The position numbers were made by a program, and so were the translations under genes. Below, one piece after another: positions 32,017 through 42,574 of a DNA stretch of 64,000 nucleotides. The notes below the pieces were generated by a model that was not told the origin of the DNA, did not search any database, and saw only the letters and a program-made list of their open reading frames with translations. How positions within the stretch are numbered: the first letter of the stretch is position 1; every line of letters starts with the position of its first letter. Origin of the DNA: Cyanophora paradoxa CCMP329 (Eukaryota > Plantae > Glaucophyta); contig QPMI01000095.1 in NCBI GenBank assembly GCA_004431415.1, positions 124,001-188,000 on the forward strand, written 5' to 3'.

Positions 32017-33807
32017 TTACGAAATAGTTAAATTGCGACAGCAATGTAATGGATTGTTACAGTTTTGCCGAGTCAGCGCGCCTGGCTCTGGGCCCGTAAC
32101 CTCGCGAGTTCTGTATGCTTCACCAGAGACGAGCACAAGCCCTCCGATCCGTGCTCTGTCGAGCAGCGAGCGCAAGTGCGAGGCCAGCGTCTCAAAAGTT
32201 GAGCGACTCATAACCTGGGGTGCTTGAGAAAAGCAAACACACTCCAGCATGAGAAATCACACCAGGTAAAGGGTACGGGTCGCGAGTCCGTTTGACGAGT
32301 TCGATGGGGACCTTGAGATGGCTTTTGAAGGCGTGACGAGCGCGTGCTGAAGGCCGCGGGCAACGTGCACGAGCAGCTTCAGAAGATTCTGGACCAGAGG
32401 GAGAGGGGGCACGACGCCGAGGAGGGCAAGCGACGACTGCTCAACCGCCTGCATAACCACCGCCAGAACGGACTCCACGGCGTTCGAAGATTTCAGAACG
32501 GATCTCAGCGTCTCAATCGACTCCGCAAAAAGCCTGGGGGCGGAAATAGGTTCAGGTCGACAACGGTGGGACGCTTTGCGGACGGCGGACGGACCGAACA
32601 CGCTCAAGCCACTCAAGCTGATGCCCAAGAACAGCAAAGCCCGAGCCGAGAATGACGACAGAGTCCATCGCGACGGATCCCGCAACCTGCACGGGCAACT
32701 CAGCCGCAGATCAGCGTCGACGTATTAAAGTATGGCGCACTTCCATCGTCTTCAGAACACGAAGAAGTGCGCTGCGGGAGTCGATTGGGAGCCGGAGAGC
32801 GCTCTGGAGCTCGGCTATCGCAAGGCTAAGTGCTCGGTCAGGCTCCATGCTGCCCAGAGAAGAGCCGAGCGTCAATGATCCAAGACGGGACGAGATATCC
32901 ATCTCAGGCGCCGGCGATGACGACGGAGACGTCGTGCAGGTCTCCGGCGGCCGCTTGTGCCAAAAAATGCAATTCTTCCCGAAAACACAAAACCCTGCGC
33001 ACGTTTTAAGGAAAGACCAAAACCCGGAAAAGAGGCGGAGAAGCTTGCCTTCCTGCTCACAAAGAAAATTAGAAACAAATTAGCCAGCGAGGGGGAGGGG
33101 GAGGGGGCGGGTATACCTGGAGGAATCGCGTGCAAGGCCTTTGCTTTGGTTTGTAGAACGGCGCGGCCGGCCGCTGCTCCTCCTCCGAATGAGCGAAGTA
33201 GCACTCCTGGGAACCGTGCTTGCAGTACTTCTCGAGGAAATGCTGTCGTTCCCACGGAAACCGATTCAGAAATGTTAAAAACCAGCATCGCATACTCTCG
33301 TACATGTTTGCACAAGATGGTCTTGCAAGACGGGCCCTTGGCGCACGACCCCCGCTTCTGAACGTGAACGCAGGGGCCCTCCCAGGGGGCCGCAAGGAGC
33401 GGGCCCGAGTTCGACGGAGAGTGAGAGGCGCCACTCGCCGGGAGATTGCTGGCCGCCCCAAGCCGCGCACCGAACGACTCCAGCAGCGCCGCCATCTGCG
33501 AACCGGTCAAGGTCAATGCCGGAAGCCCAGTCCCCGTCGGCTAGAAGCGCGGCGGACCTCTCCGGCGAGCGGCGTCTCGGCAACGGTCTCACGCGCCGTA
33601 GCGTCCCCACGACGGTCGCGTACGTCGATAACCTGTCGCCGCCTCAGGTCGAGACCCGGACCGCGGAGACGCTGCGGCGCGCACCAGGTTCGCGGCGCCT
33701 TGCATCATGTCTGACATAGACGGCTCGGGCACTTCCGTGATGCCGGCGCCGTTCGGGGTGATGCTCAGCCTCGCCGCCGCGAGCATCGCATCCGTCGCGG
33801 GGCCCAT
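32017..33807 (-). CDS. CCCH zinc-finger protein gene, spliced, probably 3'-truncated by the island
   Basis: CCCH-like units PCVHVQKRGSCAKGPSC, HFLEKYCKHGSQECYFAH and PCTRFLQ|GFCVFGKNCIFWH, followed by helical exons; the last frame runs into the AT-rich DNA and stops at 32017. Confidence 0.6.
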
Positions 33808-35545
33808 TGCTTACTGCCTACGGCGCCGAACGATCGGCTTGTGATCAGAAGCGACGCTGGCAAGGCTCCTGTGGTTCGGCCGCGTTCCTCGCAGCTGCGC
33901 TAGCTCTAGCGCGCGCGCTCGAGCTCGGGCCCCTTAATGACGGGGGCCGCTGGCGTATCGAAGCCGATATCGATGCTGGGAGCGAGATGACTGCTGCGCG
34001 GACTGCGGCGACTGCAGCTGCAGCAGCGAGGACAGGACTGAGGAGAAACGATACCCGCTTTTTTCTTTGACTGGGCAGACTTTTTTTCTTGACTGGGCAG
34101 TCCCGTGCAAGTGATGGGGGGTACAGGCTTGCTATCAGGCCGCGCGCGGCGATGGCTCCGGCGCGCGCACGCGGCGCCGCGCGCGCCGGCGCGCATTGCG
34201 AGCTGGAACGCTCTTATGCCTTCTCGCCGAGGGTACCGACCGACGTCGAAACAGCTTAGCGGCGGCAGCAGATGCAGAAGTGATGCTGCTCAGCGCTTTG
34301 GCTCGCTCTTTGCTCGCTAGCGCTTTCGCTTTTTTGGGCAGAACTCGCTCGCTGGGCGCAAGCGCAGGAAGCTCGCAATCGACGAGCCGGCACAGTCGCG
34401 GGAGCGCTGTGCCGCGTGGAACGCGCTAATGTCCAGGCCCTGAGGCACCGGGGCGACGACTCACTGACACAGTGAGCGCTGCGGCGTGCTACCGGGATGG
34501 AGTAGCTATAGGGCACTAGTACTGCGGCATCGCCCTGCGCATGCAGAAATACATATAACTAGACTTTCGTAGGAATTAAGTCGACGTTACGACTTCATTG
34601 TTGTAAGTAATGCAAATCGATGCTGCGCTCTACATCTCAAGCTCAACTCTCAATTCGTGGGGATCTAGATCTAGATCTAGATATCGAAGAACTGTGCCAC
34701 AATTAACAGAGGCCACGTGCACGTACATGTGCACTCAACCAGTTTAGCGAACTTTCGCTTTCGGTTTTGCCGGTTTAAATTTTGCTTTCGCTTTCGGTTG
34801 TGCGGCAGGCCCTGACTCAGTGAAGTTTTGATTTCGATTTCAAATTTGGAGCTTTTCGATCTGACCCCCTTCACACTCCGGGCGCAGCCCGCAGGGCCTC
34901 CCCCCCAAGGTTCACAGAGTGCACGCTCACCGTGGCACAGGTGCACGTCGTCCCTCGCTCGTGCGCATGCAGGCGCTCCTCTAGGTGGGAGGCCCGTCGA
35001 TCCGATGATCGAGTGCGCATGGTTGCTTTGACTTCAAGGCTTGGATCTCAAGACCTTTCGATGTCGATCTGACCTTTTTCTTGCCCCGGTGGTCCCCCGG
35101 CCCAGAGCCCGTAGGGCCTCCTGGCCCACCACTGCCCAGAGAGGACCCCGGCCCTGTCGCCACAATTGCAAGACGCGATTTCCCACCGGGCGTGCAGGTC
35201 ACCGGGGGCCAGGAAGGGCCCGGCTGGCCAGTTTGCTGGTGGGCTGGGCCCGCAGCCGCGGCGGCTGCAGTGTAAGTATACATCCCACACTTGTAGCCCG
35301 GACTTGCGTTTTTAGTCACGATCAATTGCGGTCATAATCAAGAAATCTCGGGAAAAGGCTGGATCTGCCAGGCTGGCCCGTGGAATACGCATGAGCCTGA
35401 GCCAGTGCGAGCTAGCGCTCCTGGAGTCCAGCTTAAGCTTGCATTTCAGACACGACCCATGACATTTGGACGAGCTGTTCTGACGTCGACTAGCTCAGCG
35501 GCTAGCGCTGTGCCACAGTGCTCGGGGTCTTTGAATTGGAAAAAG

Positions 35546-35821
35546 AAGAAGAAGAGTATGTATAAGACACGCCCACTGGGCCAAGCCGGTTGAATTGGGT
35601 CCGACGGTCGTTTCGCCTTTCAAAAGTTTCGACATTTCCTTTGTGCCTTAGGCCTTCGGGTCCTTCGCCTTTCGTCAAAACCGTACAGCTGGCTTGGGCG
35701 TGTCTTATACATGCTATTCTTCTTAAGGGGGCTTCTTCTTCTCTTGTTACATGTCTTATACATGCTATACTCTTGTTCTTCTTTCCTTGGGGGCTTCTTA
35801 TACATGCTATTCTTCTTAAGG
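35546..35821. repeat. Inverted plus direct repeat cluster (TCTTATACATGCTAT unit); MITE or transposon-end-like
   Basis: 35546-35575 is the reverse complement of 35695-35724 (28/30 match); further direct copies at 35752-35768 and 35796-35821 (the latter is 26 bp identical to 35703-35728). Confidence 0.88.
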
Positions 35822-36413
35822 CTTCGCTGTCGACAACTTCCAAGGGCTCAGCGGCTCAGTTGCTGGCATGGATGTGTCTACTGCAGTTCTCTCTCTCTCT
35901 CAGTCGTATAAGCAAAGCGACTTTGCTGAGTCGATCGCAAGACTCTGAGATCGATCGAAAGAGAAAGGGGAGCCACACCCCCCTCGCGATCGAAGCCCGG
36001 AAGAAGAAGACGAGAGAGTCTACATCTGCAAGGCTGAGAAGAGCATGCATAACTTTTGCATCATGGCATAGTAGCTATACTGAGAGTCACTCCCCTTGAA
36101 ATCTTGGAGCTGAAGGGAGTCACTGAGTTCTCAGACTCTGCCAGGCTGAGAGGCTTGATCTTGAAATCCAAATGACAGCCTGCCAGCCGAAATCAAACGA
36201 AGTCTTTCAGAGACCGGCTCGATCTCAGGGTCTGAGTGATACTGAGAGACCAGTGAACGCAGGAGCTTAAACTTGAAATTCAAATTACAGTACTAGCCCG
36301 CCGGTCGAAAACCCTCAGCCTGGCAGCCCGAATCAAACTGCAGCCCCTCAGACACGGTTCATGAGCCCAAATCAAATCACAAGTCCGACTCTCATGCATG
36401 ATCGAATCCAAAT

Positions 36414-39400
36414 CTAAAGGTGACCAGCTTGAAGGCGATTTCCTGGGAAGAGAGGCGGGGGGATTGACGTCGAACTCAATGGGGTGGCGACGGAGGCAGA
36501 GCTGGCAACCACAAATGATGAGGCAGGTGCAGGTGCGGGTCGAAGGTCGCGATCCGGAGGTGCAGTTGCTGCCACTTTGAGGGGAGCAGGCTTAGCGGGC
36601 TTAGCGCCTTGAGGAGGATTTGAAGCCTGAAAAGGGTCAGGCAGGTGTAGCCACTGGGGCCCTGCACGCGCAAGCTCGTTCCAGGATCGCTCAGTAGACT
36701 GCTTTTCAGAGAGGGCCGCTGTCAAAGTCGTTGTATGTTCCACAATGCGTTGTTCGAGTGCAGCCTTGGACTCTTCGATTTTCCGCAGGTCCTCCTGCCA
36801 GGGGAGGGTGGCAGTGAGATGCGTTGATTCAAGCACGAAGCATGGAAGAGAAAAGGGACCTCGCATTGAGCCTGCGCCCCCCCAAGGCCCATCTCGCGTG
36901 CATCATCCGCCTCCTGTGCCTGGATACGGGTCAGGGTGTCCACAAATCAAAGCTTGAGTGCGGCGCCAGCCTTTTGCACTCGCTGCTTGTTCAAGAAGAC
37001 AAGTAGCCGTTGATTTGCGGAAATTTCGCGCTGCAGTGTTTCCACAACAGCCGAGGACACTTGGACATGGACATCGTAGCACTGTAAAGCCTGCTTGGCC
37101 TGCTTCTCGAGCAGCGACCGCAAAATCTCCTCCATCTCCCTTTGGCCCGCAGCGACGGCCCCTATACGCGCCCCCTGTTTCCCCCTGTTTGTTCTGCGAG
37201 TGAGAATCCGAAAAACGCACCACGTATGCGATCCGTAAGACCAGGCTGCTCTGCCCACCAGCTCACCGTCGCCTGCAACTCCTCACCAAGCTCTGGCAAT
37301 CGCTCGCCGACCACGTCGTATGCTTGTTTCTTCAGCTGCCACGAAGCATCGAACTGAAGGGCCTCGCGCGCTGCCTCCCGCCGCTGGGAGCGAAGGCGGG
37401 AGAGCTCGGCTTCGAGTTCACCTGATGTGGAGTAAGCAGAGGGCGCAGCAGCCCCTGTTAACCGTTGGAATGGAAAGTGCCGAGGGAGTTCAGATTACGA
37501 TTACGATTAGGCTAACGATATTAAGGAGATGCAGAACAGGTGCTAAGGCCCAGGCCAGGATTACGATTACGATTAGGCTGTTGGCCAGGGTTAAGCTGAG
37601 AGGAGTTAAGATTACGATTTCGATTAGGCTTAAGCGCCTCCTTAAGAAAGGCACGGTGGGCATGATAGCAACACGAGCGCTGAATTACGATTACGATTGC
37701 TTACCGATCCGGTGATCAAATTTGTATATTCTTCGATCAAGTTCCTGCCGTGCCTTGACCATCTCCTGCTAGCGCATTCAGGGAGTATCCCACGCTTGGA
37801 GTCCTGGGACTGGCACCTCATCGAAGCGGCGTCGCTCCTCACCGAGAGCTCCTGCATTCATTTTGAATGTGGCAGAATTTGATTGAGCGCGAGCAGCCTC
37901 GCTGAGGACTGTCCCCTGCAAGCGGTAGTCATGTCATGGAAGGCAGCAAATCGCCAGCAGGGCAGCAGGGCGGACACGGAGCGACTCGAGTTCTTGATAA
38001 AAGACGCTGGAGCTCTCCATAACGCGGGTTGCAGCCTTTCGTGCACGTTCCTTCCCCAAAAGAACTGCCTCCTGGATAGCCTTGGAACGCGTGAAAGCCG
38101 CCAGCTGCAGCGAGAGCAACTTTTGTTCCAGCTCATCCACAGGGCTTGGGCCCTTCCCCGAACCGCCCGCATGCTGCCCCGCCGAGGGGGGAGGGCTCGG
38201 GCCAGTCGCCGCATCCTCGATGGCCCGAAGCTCCTTTTGCACCATGCGAACCTGCCTCTGCAGGTCCAAAAGCTGTCGCCCTTCATCCCCCGCAAGGAGC
38301 TCTCGCTCGAGAAATGCCCTATCGCTCTGGAGCTCGAGCATCGGCTGAACAAGGAACCCGCGCAGAAGGTCGATGAAGGCCGCGTGACAATTTCCAGGAA
38401 TACTTTCAATCTGAGACATAAGCTCGTCGAGAGCAAGCTGCCCAAGGTCGCTCTTTGCCGCAGCGGGAGCCTGCAGGGAACAATTATGAGCTTATGAATG
38501 TTTAAGAGTGGCGGACGGACCAGCTCCTCACAGAGGGCAGCAAGCGGGGGCCCCTGCAAACCGGAGCTTGGGCGGGCCGGAGATATGCTAGCATTCTCAT
38601 CAAGGACCATGCCAGCTTGTAGGACGTTCTGCGCTGTGTCGGGCAGGAAGGGCACAAGATAGGGCTGCAATACCATGATGCGCGAGAGCTCCTCGTGCAG
38701 AGAGGCCTGCATCTCCGGGGTTTGCAGAAGCACAGCCCCTTCTGCAGGCTTTGGAAGCTCAAGCGCCCAAATGTCTTGTCTACAGAGCTTATCTGCGCAG
38801 ATCATAACTTAGAGGAGTGCAGAAGCAGACGGGAGAAGGGCGAGGTTGAGCTGAAGGAAACCTTTTCCTCCAAAGACGTAAAGAGTCTGGCCCACGACGG
38901 CGACAGAAAATGCGGTACGGGCAGTTGGGGCATCTGTAACCAACAAAAAGGACCAACGATTACACTCCGTGTCAAACTCGGCCACCTGCAACTTTTCCAC
39001 CGAGTCCGGTCCCTCCCCAGGAAAAAGGCCAGGAAAAAGGCCAGGTCCTATGATGTACAAACGCGAGCCAACTGCTACCATTTGATGGGAATACTGAGGG
39101 GCTGGCCAGGCCGAGGCCTCTCCAGCGGGTTGGATTTGGCTCCAGTTCAGGTCAACGAGCGAAAGGGCCATGAGATCGTTCTTCTTTGACTTGGAGACGC
39201 GGTCGTCGCCGCCGAAAAGCCAAAGGCGGGGCCCCATCGCGGCTATAGATGCGCAGTACCGCGGGGTGACGCCGGTCGCGATCCAGGCCCCTGCAGACGG
39301 ATAAGGCGCTGTGAAAAAACTCGATCAGTATTTACCGTCCGCCGTAATCGTGCCTGTCGCCTCTACGATAGTCCAGTGAAGGTTTTCTGTGTTCAACGCA

Positions 39401-40452
39401 TACATCGAAGACAACGTTGATGTCCCGTCAAAGCCCCCAAAGATGTACAACGTCTGCGGCTCCCGTTTATTTTACTGGGCTCAGAGCGTCGCCGTCTCTT
39501 GGATACGCACGTTGCCCACAGCAGCAGCTGAGTGCGATGAGCGCGGACAGGGCACCTGCGCGCCGTCCGGGTCAGGATCGCGGGGCGCCGGATGACGTGG
39601 GTCGGGGCAGGTGGGGTCGGGCGCTGGAGCCGGACCTGGCCCTTGCATTGAACGGCCGTCCACTTCCAGGTGTCCGTATCCAGGGTCCAAACGTGGTTAA
39701 CTGTGTCGCACCATTCGAACGCATAGCATTTAATGCCAATTGTTGCGTTCAAAGCTATGTAGGGACGGCCGCACCTCGTTGCCCCCCATCTTCTCCCACG
39801 CCTACCCGCCCGCCGAAAACCCAGATGCGGCCGCCAATTGCCGTGGCCGAGTGGCAATCAATGGGTCCAGGTCCAGGCCCTGAAACGGGGGGTAGGATCC
39901 ATTTCTTCGATTCCAGGTCGAATGCTTGAACCTGTACAGCTAGATCAGCGACTGAGCAGGCATTGCAGGCCAGGACTGTGCTTGAGTGGTGACAGGCCTA
40001 GCAGGCGCGGCGGTGACAGGCCTTGCAAGCGCGGCGGCGGGCCTAGCGGGCGCGGCGGGGGATCGAGCTCGCCTCATGGGTCCTGCTTCGCCCATCGAGC
40101 CCTGAACGCCCGCCGATGACTACAAGCCGTCGGCCGCTTGCCGTACACGTATGGTGATGCCGCGGAGTCGCCCCAAGGCCTTCGCAGAGCCGACGCCAGG
40201 CGCACGCCTCGCCTGCATGAAAATAAAGATGTTTGTGGATGGGAATGCAATTATATATGGCTCCGTTGTGCAGACGGGCCGCGCGCGCTGTCGTGGATGA
40301 TGGGGACGAGAAGCGCACCGGCAGGACTGGCGGGCGGCGCGGCCGCGGTCTCGACGAGCGAGGGGAAGATCAGCGCCTGCGACCTCGCTCAAGCTACCCC
40401 AGCATTCGTGGAGCGGCCGTCGCACCTCGAGCTTCCCTATCAGACTCGCCAT
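36414..40452 (-). CDS. Kelch-repeat beta-propeller protein with C-terminal coiled coil, multi-exon
   Basis: PRHHHTCTASGRRLVVIGG, PCPRSSHSAAAVGN|MYIFGGFDG, PRLWLFGGDD, ARTAFSVAVVGQTLYVFGG, followed by coiled-coil exons. Confidence 0.82.
37493..37702. repeat. Spaced 21-bp repeats GATTACGATTACGATTAGGCT, probably intronic in the kelch gene
   Basis: Copies at 37493-37513, 37559-37579, 37610-37630 (one mismatch) and a degenerate copy at 37684-37702. Confidence 0.88.
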
Positions 40453-41019
40453 CGTCGGGCTCGCGCGCTCGCGCACGGCGGATTGCTAGCCTAAGCTGGC
40501 CCTTAGCTGAGCTCCTGACGGGTAAAATCCGAGCGGCCGGAGGCCGGGGGAGAGTGTACCCCCCGCCAGCTTCAAGTTCTTCAACGCGTGTTGCGCATCG
40601 GGGCGCGGACAGCGGAGTGAGGGCGCTAAAACGCGCCTCCGGAGAGCTTTAGAAGCGCAGCGTGCGGACGCAGGAACCGATGCGCCGATTGCTTCCCACG
40701 ACGGGTACGGCAGATGGGGCGCCGGGTACAGACCCGTCCAGAATCGCCTTCATTCGAATTCGCACCATGCAATTAGGCCCACAGCTCGTTTTTTTTACCG
40801 GTCGACCCAACACGGCGAGCTAGTATCCGGTTTTCCTTAAAATTCCCCGCGGGTATTAATATTTGGAATTCCCCGGCGCAAGCTAGTGCATTCTACCCGC
40901 TATATATAGCTAGCTTGCCGGCTACAAGCTGCCACTGGCACCGCATGCATGTTGCGAATTCGAATTAAGAGACTAGCCGTACGCGTTCTGCGACGGGTGA
41001 TCGAAATTAAAAGTTATCG

Positions 41020-41085
41020 CGATCGCCGGCTACCCTTGCCCATACAACGGGCATGTCGAGTCGATCGCCGGCTACCCTTGCCCAT
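41020..41085. repeat. 24-bp direct repeat CGATCGCCGGCTACCCTTGCCCAT, two copies
   Basis: Exact copies at 41020-41043 and 41062-41085. Confidence 0.92.
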
Positions 41086-41368
41086 GTCACTCGTTTTTGT
41101 AAACCATTGAATTCGAATCGAGTTCAAATGGCGCGGCCTCTCAAAAAATGCGCCTGGCCTTCGCTATAGGCCAACTAAGGGCGACCTCTGCGAAGGTGGC
41201 GCCAGCTACAGTGGACTCCGTCGATTTGGCTGCACCTTGTCAAGCTTTTTGGCATTTGCGAGGAGTCTACAGTGAACGCACTGACAATGAAATAGAAATC
41301 TTATTGCTCGATCCGGCTTCGTCCTTGCCCAAAGGACTCCCAAATGGGGGAGGCTCGTATACGTAGCC

Positions 41369-42449
41369 CTAGGCGTCAGTGGCGCCCTCATCTCCAGAGG
41401 AATGCCGGTTTTTCTTGCCCTTCGCTTCCTTCTTCGCCTTTGCCGCCATGACACGGTTCTCGGCATCGAGAATCGCTTTCATGTGCTCGTCCTTCTTCTT
41501 GGCCCGCTTCTCCTCCTTGGACTTGTGATAGGCCTGAGATCTGCACACAGAGAGAAAGAGAGAGGCTCAAACGATTTTTCCAGCCTGGCTGTGGTGTGCG
41601 CACTGAAGGTATCCCTCCCAGTCGTACTGCTTTGGATTTACTTTTGCTTCCGACGCGGGGATAATTTTCACGACGACCTGTGGCCAGCCCAGCCGGATCG
41701 CCGCCTCGAGTCGGTCACAGCTGCTGCATGTGATTTTTTTATTTAGTTGTACGGGTCGCATCCGTACCGTTTGAAAGATTTCAGGTAAAGCTTGTCTTCG
41801 AGAGAGTAAACCTCTACCGGTTCCCATTCGTAGCCAGGCGAAGCGATGCGGTCCATCAGCTGCGCGTAGTCAGGCGAAGGGAGGATATTCAGAAACGCTG
41901 CGCAGAGGAAGACGGACCTCCGAAACATGAGAATCCTCGCGGTCAGAGCGCACAGGCGAAAGCGTGGGGGGCGGAATGAGGATATCTTCAATGGCTACGC
42001 TCTTCCGCTCTGCATCGGACGTGCTTAGATTAAAGCTCAACGTTCACATCGAATTCAGTTGGACGGTCTCAGATCAAAACTGCAAACCGTATTGCGGGGT
42101 CGATTGCTGAACCTTCTTCGTCACAACCTGCTTCGCCACCTCTGCACCACCGATAAGGATTTGACGCGCGCAATTCAGCGCCTCCCTATCCCTAGAACGT
42201 CCAGTTAACTGTCCACCCAGTGGTCGCACTTGGCAGTTGCTTGGCCGCCGTGACGGAGAAGGTGCGCTCGCCGCCGACCGACGGTTTCGCTGCGAGTGTA
42301 CGCGCTCCCGCAAAGAAACTTCTGGCTGGCGCTGGCTTCGGAGGCAGTGTCGCCGCGCACGTCGCCGGCAGCGCCGCCGCGCACGCAGCGAACTGGGATG
42401 GAGCGGCTGGCCGGTTGGCGGACGTCGCGAAGCTGATGGCGAAGGCCAT
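41369..42449 (-). CDS. Plastid-targeted ParB/sulfiredoxin-like domain protein with Lys-rich tail
   Basis: Transit peptide MAFAISFATS..RSFFAGAR..TFSVTAAK; spliced core VAIEDILIP..VSE|LMDRIASPGYEWEPVEVYSLEDKLYLKSFKR|CDRLEAAIRLGWPQVVVKII; tail EEKRAKKK..AKAKKEAKGKK..TDA*. Confidence 0.62.
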
Positions 42450-42574
42450 GAGAGCGATGTATCTCACACGTCTAGGGCGCCAGAAACGCCTGCAAAGCCA
42501 CCGAACTCTTGAGCTAGCTGTACCCCGGCTGGTCTCAGGGGTTGAGCGGGAGCTGCGGGAGCTGCGCCGGCACG

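Larger units (their letters stand above)
26560..32060. mobile_element. Endogenous viral element fragment (virophage/Polinton-like-virus/NCLDV-like structural cassette)
   Basis: Abrupt drop in GC (roughly 40% by eye vs over 60% in flanks); seven intronless ORFs separated by 10-62 bp; fibre/C1q paralogues and HNH-AP2; no capsid, ATPase, polymerase or integrase gene seen. Boundaries approximate. Confidence 0.8.

Noticed and set aside
26560-32060. Complete Polinton/virophage with TIRs and TSD
   Set aside because: No matching terminal inverted repeats or target duplication found by eye, and no core genes; treated as a fragment.
35695-35821. Tn5/Nextera mosaic-end contamination
   Set aside because: Shares only TCTTATACA with CTGTCTCTTATACACATCT; the flanks differ consistently between copies.
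37493-37702. CRISPR array
   Set aside because: Only 3-4 internally periodic repeats, irregular spacers, eukaryotic intron context and no cas genes.
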